Shown: positions 25,382-39,060, numbered from the stretch's first letter. The stretch is DNA of 64,000 nt from Octopus sinensis (GCF_006345805.1 NC_043026.1:7068001-7132000); one strand, 5' to 3'. Numbers and translations are program-made. The notes: a model not told the origin generated them from the sequence alone.

Positions 25382-27015
25382 GGATAGGTATATAGAAAGG
25401 AAGATAAATCGATAGATATCTATATATATAACTTGGTCTCGACTTACATAATACACACGCACATTCATATTTACATAAACACACAGAAACACACATACAT
25501 ATACATATAAATTACATATCTACATATAAATACATACACACATGCGTATGTACATAAATCGCATTGGTTATGGACGAGGGTTTGTTATAGGTCTCCGGGA
25601 CCAGTGCTTGCCTGGGGCTAAACAACAACATCAATAGCAACAAAAACTGTTGTTTGTAAAGATAACGACCGACCAAACGCGAGAGAAAAAGGGACCGGAT
25701 GGTTCTACGTTGTTAATTGGGAAACCTGCTAGAAACAACAGCCAAGAACTCCCTCAAATCACTTTGGGACAGCGATACATACATACATATATATATATAT
25801 ATTATACACACATACATACATGCACACATGCACGCACCACACACACGAAGTGATTGCAGCTGTGATGGCTATAAATGTCATGGGTGAGGCTTGACCCAGG
25901 GCTAAACAACGCCAGAAACAGAAATACGACTGACCACAAACTAAGAGCAGGGTGGGTTTCTGGATCCGGGTAGTCTTTGAATGTGCTAGAAACAGCAGCC
26001 AGAATCTCCTTCATTTCATGCTCAGACGTCTGAAAGAAAAACAAGAAATCAAAAACGAAACAAATCAGGAAAAAAGGCAAAAATACAAGGGGTGGTCACG
26101 ATTGGAATGTTTCTGATGAAAAGTACAAAGGATCGGAGGTAAACAACGTTTATGGATTAAGATAAAATTAATGTATTGTAATAATTAATCTCTAATTAAT
26201 CTGTTTTTATTCTTTAAAAAAGCAACTTTCACTTACAGGGGTTCTCTACGTGTTCACTTCACGACCCGGTAGAAATAGCAGCCAAATCTCATCTCGTCTC
26301 AGCAAAATTAACAAATATAATCACACACACACACACACACACACGCACACACACACACACACACATACATACATACACACACACACACAAACACACACAC
26401 AAACACACACGTGTACATAATCTATACATATACACACATATACATTCGGACATACAACCATACACACACACACATCCTTATAACTACGAAGTGGTCATGG
26501 TTGAAAAGGCTTTGACCAGAAGAAGCCTACTCGGTCAAGAATGACCACGGGTTAAACAACAGGTTTCTGCTACAACCTTCTTTCCAGTTTCGTTTAAAAA
26601 GAAGCAAAACGTAAATAAACATTAAAAAAAGAGAAAGCAATAACAGAATTATAGAATTGTAGAATAACAGCACAACAATGCGATGGAATAATGGAATGAT
26701 AGAATTATGGAATGACAAAAAGAGAAATAGAAAAAAAGAATCCTGATCCCACCGAATAATATAAATCTATCTATCTATCTAGATTGGTTGGTGCTTTATA
26801 CATGCCACCAGCAGGGAAGCCAGTCAAGGCGGTGCTGGCATCGTCCACGTTTGGATGGTGCTTTTTACGTGCCACCGGCATGGGAATCACAACTACAATT
26901 TAATTTGACTGTTTTTGATGTACTTGATTCAAAAGGTCTCCACAAGGACAGCATGTTGCCCGACAATCCAAGGTACTTTTGAGTGGGCTGGATGTGTGAC
27001 TCTGGTCACACACAC

Positions 27016-27046
<31 letters not shown>

Positions 27047-27049
27047 AAG

Positions 27050-27535
27050 TACCAAAGTACCTTGGATTCCAGAACATCCCGTTGTGCTTGAGGAGACCTG
27101 TTGAGTCAAGTACATGAACATCGAAATAAATATCAATGGAAATAGTAGTTGTGATACCTGTGCCAGTGGCACATAAAAAGCACCATCCGAATGTGGCCGA
27201 TGCCAGCGCCGCCTTGGCTGGCTTCCATGCCGGTGGCACATAAAAAGCACCATCCAAACGTGGCCGATGCCAGCGCCGCCTTGGCTGGCTTCCGCGCCGG
27301 TGGCACGTTAAAAGCACCAACCGATCGTGGCAGATGCCAGACTCCCCTGGCACCTGTACAGGTGGCACGTAAAAAGCACCCACTACACTCACAGAGTGGT
27401 TGGCGTTAGGAAGGGCATCCAGCCGTAGAAACACTGCCAGATCAAGATTGGAGCCTGGTTCAGTCATCTGGCTTCCCAGACCCCAGTTGAACCGTCCAAC
27501 CCATGCTAGCATGGAAAACGGACGCTAAATGATGA

Positions 27536-27540
<5 letters not shown>
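27050..27540 (+). mobile_element. Family C repeat with internal ~60-bp tandem units
   Basis: Repeated GGCACATAAAAAGCACCATCC; (GAT)n tail; inverted fragment at 26785-26995. Confidence 0.8.
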
Positions 27541-27584
<44 letters not shown>

Positions 27585-28322
27585 CGACATATATATATAT
27601 ATATATATGCACGACAGGCTTTCAATTTCTGCCTACCCAATCCATTAACAAGGCATTGGTTAGTCTGAGGCTATAGCAGAGGATACACTCCCAAGGTGGC
27701 ATGCAGTGGGACTGAACCCAGAATCAAGGTGGAACTGTCATAGGCCTTCCTGGATAAGTGTTAACCACAGGCTAAATAACTTTCAGTGAATTTCCAAATT
27801 TTTTTCTTAGTATTCTTCATTAAAATGGAATAAGGGAGTTACAGAATAATGCTGCATTGGAATTAAGGAATTACGGAATGACTCAATGAACTACAAAATT
27901 TCAAAGAAAACGCTAGCAGACAAACCCTTAATTCTTAACCACAAATATGACCCCACTACCCCTACAGATATCCGAACGCTATAATCATGTAGCATTTTAA
28001 GTTTTGGTAAAATGTCTCAATTTCTCCAAAGAACGCAGAAGGAATTCACAAGAAACTCTTAGCTTCTTTGAAACGTGTGAAGCAATAAGACTGCCTGAAG
28101 AATCCTCAGAAGACGAGGTGTTGGCTGCTTTTGTTGTAAACTGAGACACCAAAAGTTTGAGAACTCTGGAATTATAACTTTCTGTCAAGTCAAACTATAT
28201 ATAACCCCCCCCCACACACACACACAAACATACATACATACATACATACATAGAAACATATGCACATATATATATATATACATATATTATAATAATGATG
28301 ATGATGATAATAATAATAATAA

Positions 28323-28353
<31 letters not shown>

Positions 28354-28377
28354 AAGAAGAAGAAGAAGAAGAAGAAG

Positions 28378-28955
28378 AAATGCCCTGATGCAGTACCAGG
28401 CAGTGGCTCTCGTGGCTTCTGATCTTAACTGATTGGAATTGTTATCATGTACATTGTTTTGTCTTGGTATAAAAGATGGACTACAGCAAATATTCTGCTC
28501 AGTACCACAGATTTGCTTGTCAGTTGTTTGACCATAACCAGTTGAGCATGTCCCTTAGTGGCTGACGATATGTGCATCTCTGATCACGAGCAGAAGTAGT
28601 TGGGGAGCATCATAGTTATATGTTGAGAGGGATTCTTTGGGGTTTGGATAATTCACCTCTGGAAACATAGGTGGTTCGCTCAACATCCTTAAACAACCCT
28701 TATTCAGGGATCTTTTGAGTGGGATGGGTTACTTGATCAGAAGAAAATTCTAACTGGGCCCCATCTGCAAGGTCATATGCTGTTTATCTTGATATGAGAT
28801 CACCATGTCGCGCACATATGGTTGTGATGCATGTGCCTGGTGTACCCTTATCAGACAGGTAGTCATGATGGGTATACTGGGCTTCGTATATTTGTACCCC
28901 AGTGTCACTTTGATGGAATGCACTGCTCTCTCACTCAATAATAATAATAATAATG

Positions 28956-28986
<31 letters not shown>

Positions 28987-29015
28987 TGATGATGATGATA
29001 ATAATAAAAATAATG

Positions 29016-29076
<61 letters not shown>

Positions 29077-29092
29077 TGATAATAATAATAAT
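28378..29092 (+). mobile_element. Probable non-autonomous retroelement with (AAT)n tail
   Basis: ~560-bp non-coding block between (AAT)/(GAA) and (AAT)n tracts; only one copy in this window. Confidence 0.4.
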
Positions 29093-29312
29093 AGTTAGTA
29101 TTGTTTCTTAGCAACAGCCACAGAATGAGTCATTCTGTTGCTATTTCAATTGTTTCTGAGAAACTAAAGACAGGTGGTTTTTTTTCATTTTTTAATAAGA
29201 ATAAATATTGGTCTGTTGACAAGGTCAGGAAGCACACAAATATAGGTGTGTGTTTGTATATATATATATACATACACATATATTTATATATGTAAGTATG
29301 TATGTGTATATG

Positions 29313-29369
<57 letters not shown>

Positions 29370-29659
29370 TATATGTGGTGTGTGTGTGTGTATGTGTGTA
29401 TGTGTTGTGTGTATTCTGTTGTGTCTGGGAGAGTCATTCTCTTTTGGTGCCTTATAAAGAATCTTGCAATCGAAAACCAAAAACGAAATATATATATATG
29501 TATATATATATTCTTTTACTTGTTTCAGTCATTTGACTCTGGCCATGCTGGAGCACCATCTTTAGTCGAAACAAGTAAAAGAATAAAAGAATCAAATATA
29601 ACATTTTAGCCCTCAGGCATTTTCAATTTCTACATTTTTTCATTTTCACTCCACCCTAA

Positions 29660-29993
29660 TACCAGCCCTTATATACAAACTAGCCCTTATATACAAACCG
29701 GTCCCTATATGCAAACCAGCCCTTATACACAAACCGGCCCATATATACATACCGGCCCTTATATACAAACCGGCCCTTATATACAAACTGGCCCTTATAT
29801 ACAAATCGGCCCTTATATACATACTGGCCCTTATATACAAACCGGCCCTTATATACATACCGGCCCTTATATACAAACCAGTCCTTATATGCAAACCAGC
29901 CCTTATACACAAACCAGCCCTTATATACATACCAGCCCTTATATACAAACCGGCCCTTATATACAAACTGGCCCTTATATACAAACCGGCCCT
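29660..29993. repeat. 18-bp minisatellite (CCGGCCCTTATATACAAA), ~18-19 copies
   Basis: Direct inspection; no length variants seen. Confidence 0.95.
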
Positions 29994-30536
29994 AATGAGC
30001 CATCATGATACGAGAAGGTAACCAGTACCTTTACCCAAGGTTTACTCCACACAATAAACCTTGAGACCCCTTCAACTAATTTCCGCTGGTTCTTTCTATC
30101 ACATTCCGGTCACCTTTGAATTATGACTCTAAGAAAAATATTTTGTTTTATCCGGTTCGTTGCTCACGTGGCCCAGTTTCGTTCTTAAGGTCTGGCTCTT
30201 CTGGAATTCAGTTTTTACGGTTCGTTGAGCATATATCCTGTTTTTGTGTTTTTTATAGTCCTGTGGGTTTTGGGGTTTAGGAATGTGGATTCCACTTAAA
30301 TACAGTGTTTACATCTCCATGATTAAATATTTGTGCATTTTTTATCTTTTCATTTTTGTGTCAGTCATCAGACTTCTGTCATGCTTGAAGAATTTTAGCG
30401 GAACAAATCAAGCTCCTTGCTTTAATTGCTTTAAGCTTGATACTTATTCTGGTAATATAATCCTATATTTAAGAGATGAGGAATCATTTTCATTATTTAC
30501 ATTTGACGGATATTTGTCCTCATCTTGTTTGTTGTT

Positions 30537-30582
30537 AACACAACGTTTCGGCTGGTATACCCTCCAGCCTTCATCAGGTGTT
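30537..30582 (-). ncRNA. Minimal type-I hammerhead ribozyme
   Basis: AACAC-CUGAUGA-A-GGCUGG-AGGGUAUA-CCAGCC-GAAAC-GUU-GUGUU: 5-bp stem I, 6-bp stem II, loopless palindromic stem III (AACGUU). Confidence 0.75.
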
Positions 30583-30675
30583 TTGGGGAAATTTCGAACC
30601 TGGGTTCTCATTCCTAAGGTATATGGCGTAGTGGTTAAGAGCACGGGCTACTAACCCCAAGGTTCCAAGCAGTCA

Positions 30676-30719
<44 letters not shown>

Positions 30720-30794
30720 TTAAATCATAACAGCAACAACAACAACATTGAAAAATACCTTAGGAATGAGAACCCAGGTTTGAAATTTCCTCAA

Positions 30795-30840
30795 GACACC
30801 TGATGAAGGCTGGAGGGTATACCAGCCGAAACGTTGTGAT
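30795..30840 (+). ncRNA. Minimal type-I hammerhead ribozyme (second copy, weaker stem I)
   Basis: GACAC-CUGAUGA-A-GGCUGG...CCAGCC-GAAAC-GUU-GUGAU. Confidence 0.65.
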
Positions 30841-31021
30841 AACAAAAAACAAAATGAGGAGAAATATCCGTCAAATGTAAATAATGTAAATAATGTACTT
30901 ATTCTGTTGGTCTCTTTTGCCAAACAGCTAAGTTACAGGGACATAAACACACCAACACTGTCTTTCAGGTAGAGGTGGGGAACAAACACACACACATACA
31001 CACACACGTGCATATATATTT

Positions 31022-31410
31022 ATAGGTACAGGCATGGCTATGTGGTAAGAAGCTTGCTTCCTAACCACATGGTTCTGGGTTCAGTCCCACTGCATGGAAC
31101 CTTGGGCAAGTGTCTTCTATAGCCTCGGGCTGACCAAAGCCTTGTGAGTGGATTTGGTAGACAGAAACTGAAAGAAGCCTGTCATATATACATACATATG
31201 TGTGTGTGTGTGTTTGTATGTGTATGTGTGTCTGCTCTCTCCCCACGATGGCCTAACATCTGGTGTTGGTTTGTTTATATTCCTGTAACTTAGTGGTTCA
31301 TAAAAAGAGGATGATAAAAATAAATACCAGTCGTAAAAAATTAAAACACATACGGAAAAGCATAAGTGCTGGGCTGCCCCAGCATGGCCACAGTCCAGTG
31401 ACTGAAACAC
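31022..31410 (+). mobile_element. SINE family A
   Basis: A/B boxes and body. Confidence 0.8.
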
Positions 31411-31546
31411 AGTCATTGAAGGAGACCAATGAAAATAGACAGCAGACTTAAGAAGGATGCAAAAACTCAACAAAACATCAGAACTCCAGTGACTGAAGCA
31501 AGTAATAGCTAAAAGACGAAAGAGGAAAGACTAAAGGGAAATGTAC

Positions 31547-31662
31547 CTGAGAGGATGAAGAGGAGTGGGGGGGAGATGATCTTGATGGCAGGCAAGGCTT
31601 TGTGGTAGTGGGGGTATTGGTGGAGAAGCTCGCTTTTGTTACTCGCCGTCTGTTTCCAACAT
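31547..31662 (-). CDS. Candidate internal coding exon (116 nt) of an unidentified host gene
   Basis: Minus strand CTTTCTCTCTTGTCGAATTTCAG| ... CAG|GTACAT; open phase 1 to 0: DVGNRRRVTKASFSTNTPTTTKPCLPSRSSPPHSSSSSQ. Confidence 0.4.
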
Positions 31663-31997
31663 CTGAAATTCGACAAGAGAGAAAGTACCATTGCATTTGA
31701 TGCTGCTGGTCGGTGGAAACTTATAAATACATAATCAGGTGCCATGGGGTGTGTGAATAGCCCCCCCCCCTCCACCCTACCCCACCCCACCGAAAAAAAC
31801 CTCAAAAAACCAGTTCTGTTATGTGTGTGCGTGTTAACTTCCTCTGTGAGCCGTGTTTGTTTTATTGGAAAATAGGACGAGTTTATGAAAACAGCAAGAT
31901 TCTGCAGTTGTGTATGACAACAGCATTAACAACAACAACATCAACATCAACAGGAGCAGCAGCAGCAACGGCTGCAGTATTAACAAATCTGGTAATG

Positions 31998-32830
31998 TAC
32001 ACACACACACACACACACACACACGACACACACATACACACACACACAACACACACATACACATAGATACACATACACACACGACACACACATACACACA
32101 CGACATATACACACACACGACACACACACGACACGCACATACACACACACGCACACACACACATGACACACACATACACATACACACACACATATATATG
32201 TATAGATCTATATACACATGCAAACACACGTGTATAGATCCGCATGCACACACACACACCACACACACTACATATATATATATATATATACATACGCGCC
32301 ACATACATATAGACACACATATATATTAATATATCTATGTATATACATGCACACTCACACATATACACATACATGCACATATACACCTGGATGTACATAT
32401 CTACACACCTAGATGTACACACACGCATATATTTATATACATATACACACACACACACAACACTTACACACATATATCTATACCCACACACACTCACATG
32501 CACCCATCACACATATACACATATATGTGCACACAAACACACACACATATACATACATATGTAAAGATGCACACACACTCATCCATACCCACATACACCC
32601 ATCACACACACATCTACACACACAGGCACACACACACATACACACACATACACATACACGCACACGCACACACACATACATATATAAAGATATACACCTA
32701 GGTATACACACACACGCACACACACATACACGCACACGTGCACACACACACACATATTTATATACATACACACACACCCACATACACCCACACCCACATA
32801 CACCCACACAAACATATTTATACAGCTCTA
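31998..32830. repeat. (CA)n/(TA)n compound microsatellite
   Basis: Direct inspection. Confidence 0.9.
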
Positions 32831-33069
32831 CATACATATCAATCATATGTTTAAAGTTTTGCTCTTCTCCATCCTGGCCCACCCCCCAAGCCGCATACGC
32901 TTTCACCCCCTCCACCACCACCACCCTCATTGTCACTCTCTTCCTCCTCCTCCCCTGTCCCCTCCTCCTCATTCTTGTAATCATCAGTTTCATCGTTAAT
33001 TGTGTCATCTCTATAATTGTCGTCGTCATCATCATCATCATTATCACTGTTAGAAGATCACAGCAAGCA

Positions 33070-33625
33070 CTACCACCACCACTGTGTATACCACTACCAC
33101 CGCAGCCAACACCACCACCACCACCACCACCACCACCACCACCACCACCACCACCACCACCATCACTACCACTATCACCATCACCGTCACCACCACCATC
33201 ACCACCACCACCACTGCCACCAGCAACACCATTGCCTCCACCACTACCACGACCACCACCATCACCACTGCAATCACCACTACCATGACCACCACCATGA
33301 CCACCACTACCACCATTGCCACCATGACCACGACCATGACCACCACACCACCACTACCACACCACTACCACCATCACCACCACTACCACACCACCACCAC
33401 TGCCTCCACCACCATCACCACCACCGTCACCATCACCACCACCATCACCACTGCCACCACCAACTACATCTTCATTATCACTTCTGCTATCATTGCTATC
33501 ACCACCACCACCACCACCACCACCACAACCACAACAACAGTTGCCAACACCGCCGTCACAAGCAGTAGCAGCACACCACCACTATCACCACCACCATCAC
33601 CACCTCACACCACCACCACCACCGC
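33070..33625. repeat. Degenerate (ACC)n trinucleotide tract
   Basis: Direct inspection. Confidence 0.9.
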
Positions 33626-34029
33626 CACTGCTAACCCTCCCACCCCCCACCCACCTACCCCCCGCCCAACCACCCACCTCTGTTATTCATCACCTATTTA
33701 TACTCTCTGCTCAACACACTCTCTGCTGGTGCATGTGTGTGCATGCATGCGTGTGTGTGTGTGTGTGTGCGTGTGTGTGTGTGTGTACGACAGATCTGGC
33801 TGGTAATATTTGGTAATATTTGGCACCGGACCAGATGTCTGTGAGTTGGATGGAATGAAAGAGATGAAAAGAGGTCATCTTGGAACCATACACACACACA
33901 CACACACACAATATAGATCTAGATATTGTATACATATGTACATGTATATATATATATTGTATACATATGTAGGTATATATGTGCATATATATATATAATC
34001 AAAATAAGCAACAAGGATATCCAAGGTAG

Positions 34030-34117
34030 TGTAGTACAATCGTTTCATGCTACTTCATTTTATTAAACAATATAAGTATTACATCAGTTTTAAAATGTAG
34101 AGCAATCTTCAGCCACA
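34030..34117 (-). ncRNA. Putative hammerhead ribozyme (same family as 14645-14731) within element 33996-34170
   Basis: UGUGG-CUGAAGA-U-UGCU...AGCA-U-GAAAC-GAUU-GUA-CUACA; 5-bp stem I. Confidence 0.5.
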
Positions 34118-34164
34118 TATAGAATTTTTTTTAAGTACTATATTCATCTGAATCTAAATTTTCC

Positions 34165-34193
<29 letters not shown>

Positions 34194-34198
<5 letters not shown>

Positions 34199-34625
34199 TT
34201 TCATTTCATTTCATTTGAGTTTGAGTCCATGCTCAGGCCAAGTCGAAGACTCCACCCTCAGAGTCTGGTGTGGTTGCCAGGTTGTATTCTCTGTTTAATT
34301 TTGACATGTGTAGGAGCGAGTTTGAGTCAGTTTGTGCTCGTTGTGTATATCCTGGGAGATGGGGTTCATCTCTAATGGTGCTTAGGTATCTATCCAGTTG
34401 CAATTTGAATGATTCCACACTGCATCCTGATAGATTTCTGACATGTACCGGAATAGAGTTGAATAGTTGTGCTCCTCGAACCAACAGACTTGACTCTCGC
34501 AGGGTTTTTGCTGCCTGGCCAGCCTTTTTGTTGATTGGTGGTAGCTGGCAGCATCTTCCGTGGCGCAGTGAGTGGTAGGTTTTGATACTAAAGTTTGGCA
34601 CCTTTTGCTCTATCATTTTCCAAAT
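34194..34625 (-). mobile_element. CR1/L2-group LINE 3' fragment
   Basis: WKMIEQKVPNF...GAQLFNSIPVHVRN...FKLQLDRYL..DEP ORF2 C-terminus; (TGAAA)n tail. Confidence 0.75.
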
Positions 34626-35217
34626 GTATATACATATATATGTATATGTGTACAGGCACACCTTGGCTTAAGTCATTTCAATTTAAGTTGTTCTTGATTA
34701 TTCATCAGTTTTCAAAAATAATACATGAAAAAATAAAAATCAAGTTATGTCATTTTACTCGACTTTACATCTGTCCACCACAAATATTGAAATCGTAAAA
34801 TCACTAGAAATCCATTAAAAGCACATAAAATCTTGTTACTGTACAATAAATAAGAATAAAAGCATACATGATCATATACAGTGATTCTACTAATTAGCTG
34901 TTAGAACTCAATATATTTAAGCTTGTGCTATTTTAATGGCTCTGATGATGTTGCACAAGCACTCAACCGTGAAGGCACTGACTCTTGTAGTAGAAACAGC
35001 AGTAAGCTAATGAAGTTGATTGCATAACTTCTGTTCTTTAATTACTCATTAACATACATAAGACATATGGTGAATGGTTGGTGTTAGGAAGGGCATCCAG
35101 CTGTAAAAATCCTGCCAAAACAGTCACAGAAGTCTGGTGCAGGCTTCGGCCTGGCAGGTTCTTGTGGTACCGTCCCGCCCATGCGAGCATGGAACATGGA
35201 TGTTAAATGATGATGAT

Positions 35218-35255
<38 letters not shown>

Positions 35256-36028
35256 ATATATATATATATATATATAAGTAGACAAATGAGTTATCTTATT
35301 ACGGATAATTTGAAAGATAACCGATACCTGGATCAATATTTTTATGGGCTCCTCGTGAGCGTTTGTCGAAAAGCTTGTTGTGCATTTTGTTGGAGAATTA
35401 AGTTCCTGGATTTTCCTGAAGAGAAAGCTGCATAATGGACTCCTTATTCACTTGGAATTAGGGACTTTGCAGACTTCGAAACATATGTCGAAAATAAAAT
35501 AATGGAATTTTGTTAAATCTTAGTTCAGCTCCATTCTTTCCTATACTTTATATATATATTTAAATATGTAAAATACAAAATGGGACAAGAACACAAAACA
35601 TCCAGGTGATACAAAAAAGGGACAACAAAACATCCAGATAGACAATACAAAGAAAACAATGAGGGGTCATTCGGAGTTTTCTTTCCTCAGTCAAGTTCCA
35701 GATTATCGGCTGGTTATACTCAAGATTGCTCCAATCTGGCCAGCCCCAAGGAAAAACTAAGCTAAGAGCATTAGTTTCCTTGGCAGGAAGCAGCGAATGT
35801 ATATGAAAAGAAGGATGGAAAAAATGGAGAATGTTGCACAAATACAAATAACAGGACATAACAACAGGTGTCTTTCAGTCACAGGGAGGAATATAGATGT
35901 CGCATGGACGACGGCCGTACCACGAAAGAAAGGTCAGGCTTGGCCAAACACTGCTTACATGGGGAGAGAAGAGAGAGAGGTAGAGGCAGAGGGACATATA
36001 TATTTATATATATATATATATATCTATG

Positions 36029-36090
<62 letters not shown>

Positions 36091-37530
36091 TATATATATA
36101 AGATTTTTATACATATGAATACATATACACACACCCATGCATATATGTATGTACATGTATATGCATTTAATATTATGTATATCTATCTATCTACCTATAT
36201 TATGTACACACACACACACACCACATATATATATATACACATATACATATATATAACACGGTAAAATTTTTTTTTTTTCATTCCCTTCGAAAATTGCTCT
36301 AAAGTGTGGTTTTGGTCATTTTGACTGGACTGCTTCTTCTAGTGTGTAAAAATTACCTATTAAAGGTAGTTTCCTCTTGTTGCTAAATGTACACTATTTT
36401 ATATGTGACCTCGTGAGTACCGCCGGCGAATTTTTTTTCCTCTGGCTTCCCTTCTCAGGATCTTTTCTTCTCCTATGTTTCCGACAAGAGCTCCGCTCGA
36501 AACGTTAAACCCCCTCCTTCTTCCCTTCTTTCCTGAGCATCCAATATACTATATTTGTTCCACGTCCTCCGCGCTTGTTGTGTTTTTTTGTGCTCTCTTG
36601 TTTGGATTAACTATATATATATATGTATATATATAATATATATATATAAAGCTGAAGTTGTCTGTGTTGTGGCAGGTTTGGTAGCCTTCAACTAACACTA
36701 TCCCTCTCCCCTCTGAAAAAACCCTGCGGCACAAGTTGACCGAAATTGAGAGTCTGATAGAAGAAGGCTTGCCTCTTCATTCCGTAGAAGAAAAATTCAA
36801 CTTGGACCATGTTAACACCAAAAATTATTTACATCAAAAACGTGTGCTTCTTTTCTATGAAAATCCCTATTTTTAACGATTTTGTGTGTTGACTGCTGTG
36901 TCAACCATTTTTTGTGGTAAATTTCAACAGAAAATGTTCACTTAAAGAGAATAACAAGCTACATCATCATCATTTAGCGTCCGCTTTCCAGCTAGCATGG
37001 TTGGACGGTTCAACGGGGGTCGGGAAGCCAGAAGGCTGCACCAGGCTCCAGTCTTATCTGGCAGTGTTTCCTACGGCTGGATGCCCTTCCTAACGCCAAC
37101 CACTCCCGTGAGTGTAGTGGGTGCTTTTTACGTGCCACCCGCACAGGTGCCAGATGGGGCTGGCAAACGCACGGACGGATGGTGCTTTTTACGTGCCACC
37201 AGCACGGGGGCCAGCAAGGCTGGCAACGGCTACATAATGCAATTTTTACTTTACAAAATTCCAATTCTAAAGGTCAAAACAAACCCGAGCATATATATAC
37301 ATATATATAACACGGTAAAAGTTTTTTTTTTTCATTCCCTTCGAAAATTGCTCTTAAAGTGTGGTTTTGGTCATTTTGACTGACTGCTTCTTCTAGTGTG
37401 TAAAAATTACCTATTAAAGGTAGTTTCCTCTTGTGCTTAAATGTACACTATTTTATATGTGACCTCGTGAGTACCGCCGGCGAATTTTTTTTCCTCTGTC
37501 TTCCCTTCTCGGGATCTTTTCTTCTCCTAT

Positions 37531-37565
37531 GTTTCCGACGAAGAGCTCCGCTCGAAACGTTAAAC
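37531..37565 (+). ncRNA. Hammerhead-like motif with U4-to-C core change
   Basis: GUUU-CCGACGA-A-GAGC-UCC-GCUC-GAAAC-GUU-AAAC; duplicate at 36477-36510 lacks one core G. Confidence 0.5.
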
Positions 37566-37664
37566 CCTCCTTCTTCCCTTCTTTCCTGAGCATCCAATAA
37601 TACTATATTTGTTCCACGTCCTCGCGTTGTTGTGTTTTTTTTGTGCTCTCTTGTTTGGATTAAC

Positions 37665-37689
<25 letters not shown>

Positions 37690-37696
<7 letters not shown>

Positions 37697-38335
37697 TATA
37701 TAAAGCTGAAGTTGTCTGTGTGTGGCAGGTTTGGTAGCCTTCAACTAACACTATCTCCTCTGAAACCCTGCGGCACAAGTTGACCGAAATTGAGAGTCTG
37801 ATAGAAGAAGGCTTGCTCTTCATTCCGTAGAAGAAAAATTCAACTTGGACCATGTTAACACCAAAAATTATTTACATCAAAAACGTGCTTCTTTTCTATG
37901 AAAATCCCTATTTTTACGATGTTTTGACTGCTGTGTCACCATTTTTTGGTGTATTTCAACCAGAAAAATGTTCACTTAAAGAGAATAACAAGCTACATCA
38001 TCATCATTTAGCGTCCGCTTTCCATGCTAGCATGGGTTGGACGGTTCAACTGGGGTCTGGGAAGCCAGAAGGCTGCACCAGGCTCCAGTCTTATCTGGCA
38101 GTGTTTCTACGGCTGGATGCCCTTCCTAACGCCAACCACTCCCGTGAGTGTAGTGGGTGCTTTTTACGTGCCACCCGCACAGGTGCCAGATGGGGCTGGC
38201 AAACGGCCACGGACGGATGGTGCTTTTTACGTGCCACCAGCACGGGGGCCAGGCAAGGCTGGCAACGGCTACATAATGCAAAATTTTTACTTTACAAAAG
38301 TTCCAATTCTAAAGGGTCAAAACAAACCCGAGCAT
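37690..38335 (+). mobile_element. Possible non-autonomous Helitron-like element interrupted by a family C insertion
   Basis: Starts TATATAAAGCTGAAGTTGTCTGTGTG, ends at CCCGAGCA (possible truncated hairpin); family C (minus) 37996-38270 flanked by GCTACAT direct repeat. Confidence 0.4.
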
Positions 38336-38599
38336 ATATATACATATATATATTCATATATATATACACACACGTAAATGTTGTACAACGAGAATGAGTG
38401 CTCAACACTGCATTGGCAGATAAAATTTCTTTATTTGTGCATGCGTGTGTGTAATATATATATATATAATCATGATTTCTACTACCTGTCTGTTAATCTC
38501 CACCTGTTCATCTCTCTACCAGTCTGTCTGTATGTCTGCCTGACAATCTGCTTCATCTTCCTCTCTTTCTCCAGCCGTCCAGCTAGCTAGATTGCAAGC

Positions 38600-39060
<461 letters not shown>

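Larger units (their letters stand above)
30452..30895 (+). mobile_element. tRNA-headed, hammerhead-bearing element with 5' inverted duplication, inserted in a family A SINE
   Basis: Inverted arm 30491-30622; tRNA-like head 30623-30668; (AAT)n; body 30755-30890; flanking direct repeat TACTTATTCTG at 30441-30451 and 30896-30906. Confidence 0.7.
36250..38345. repeat. Tandem duplication, ~1.05-kb unit x2
   Basis: ATATAACACGGTAAAA at ~36251 and ~37305; colinear thereafter. Confidence 0.95.

Noticed and set aside
32413-33816. Poly-Thr (mucin-like), poly-His and poly-Pro ORFs
   Set aside because: All frames are open because (ACC)n lacks stops; no splice or domain support
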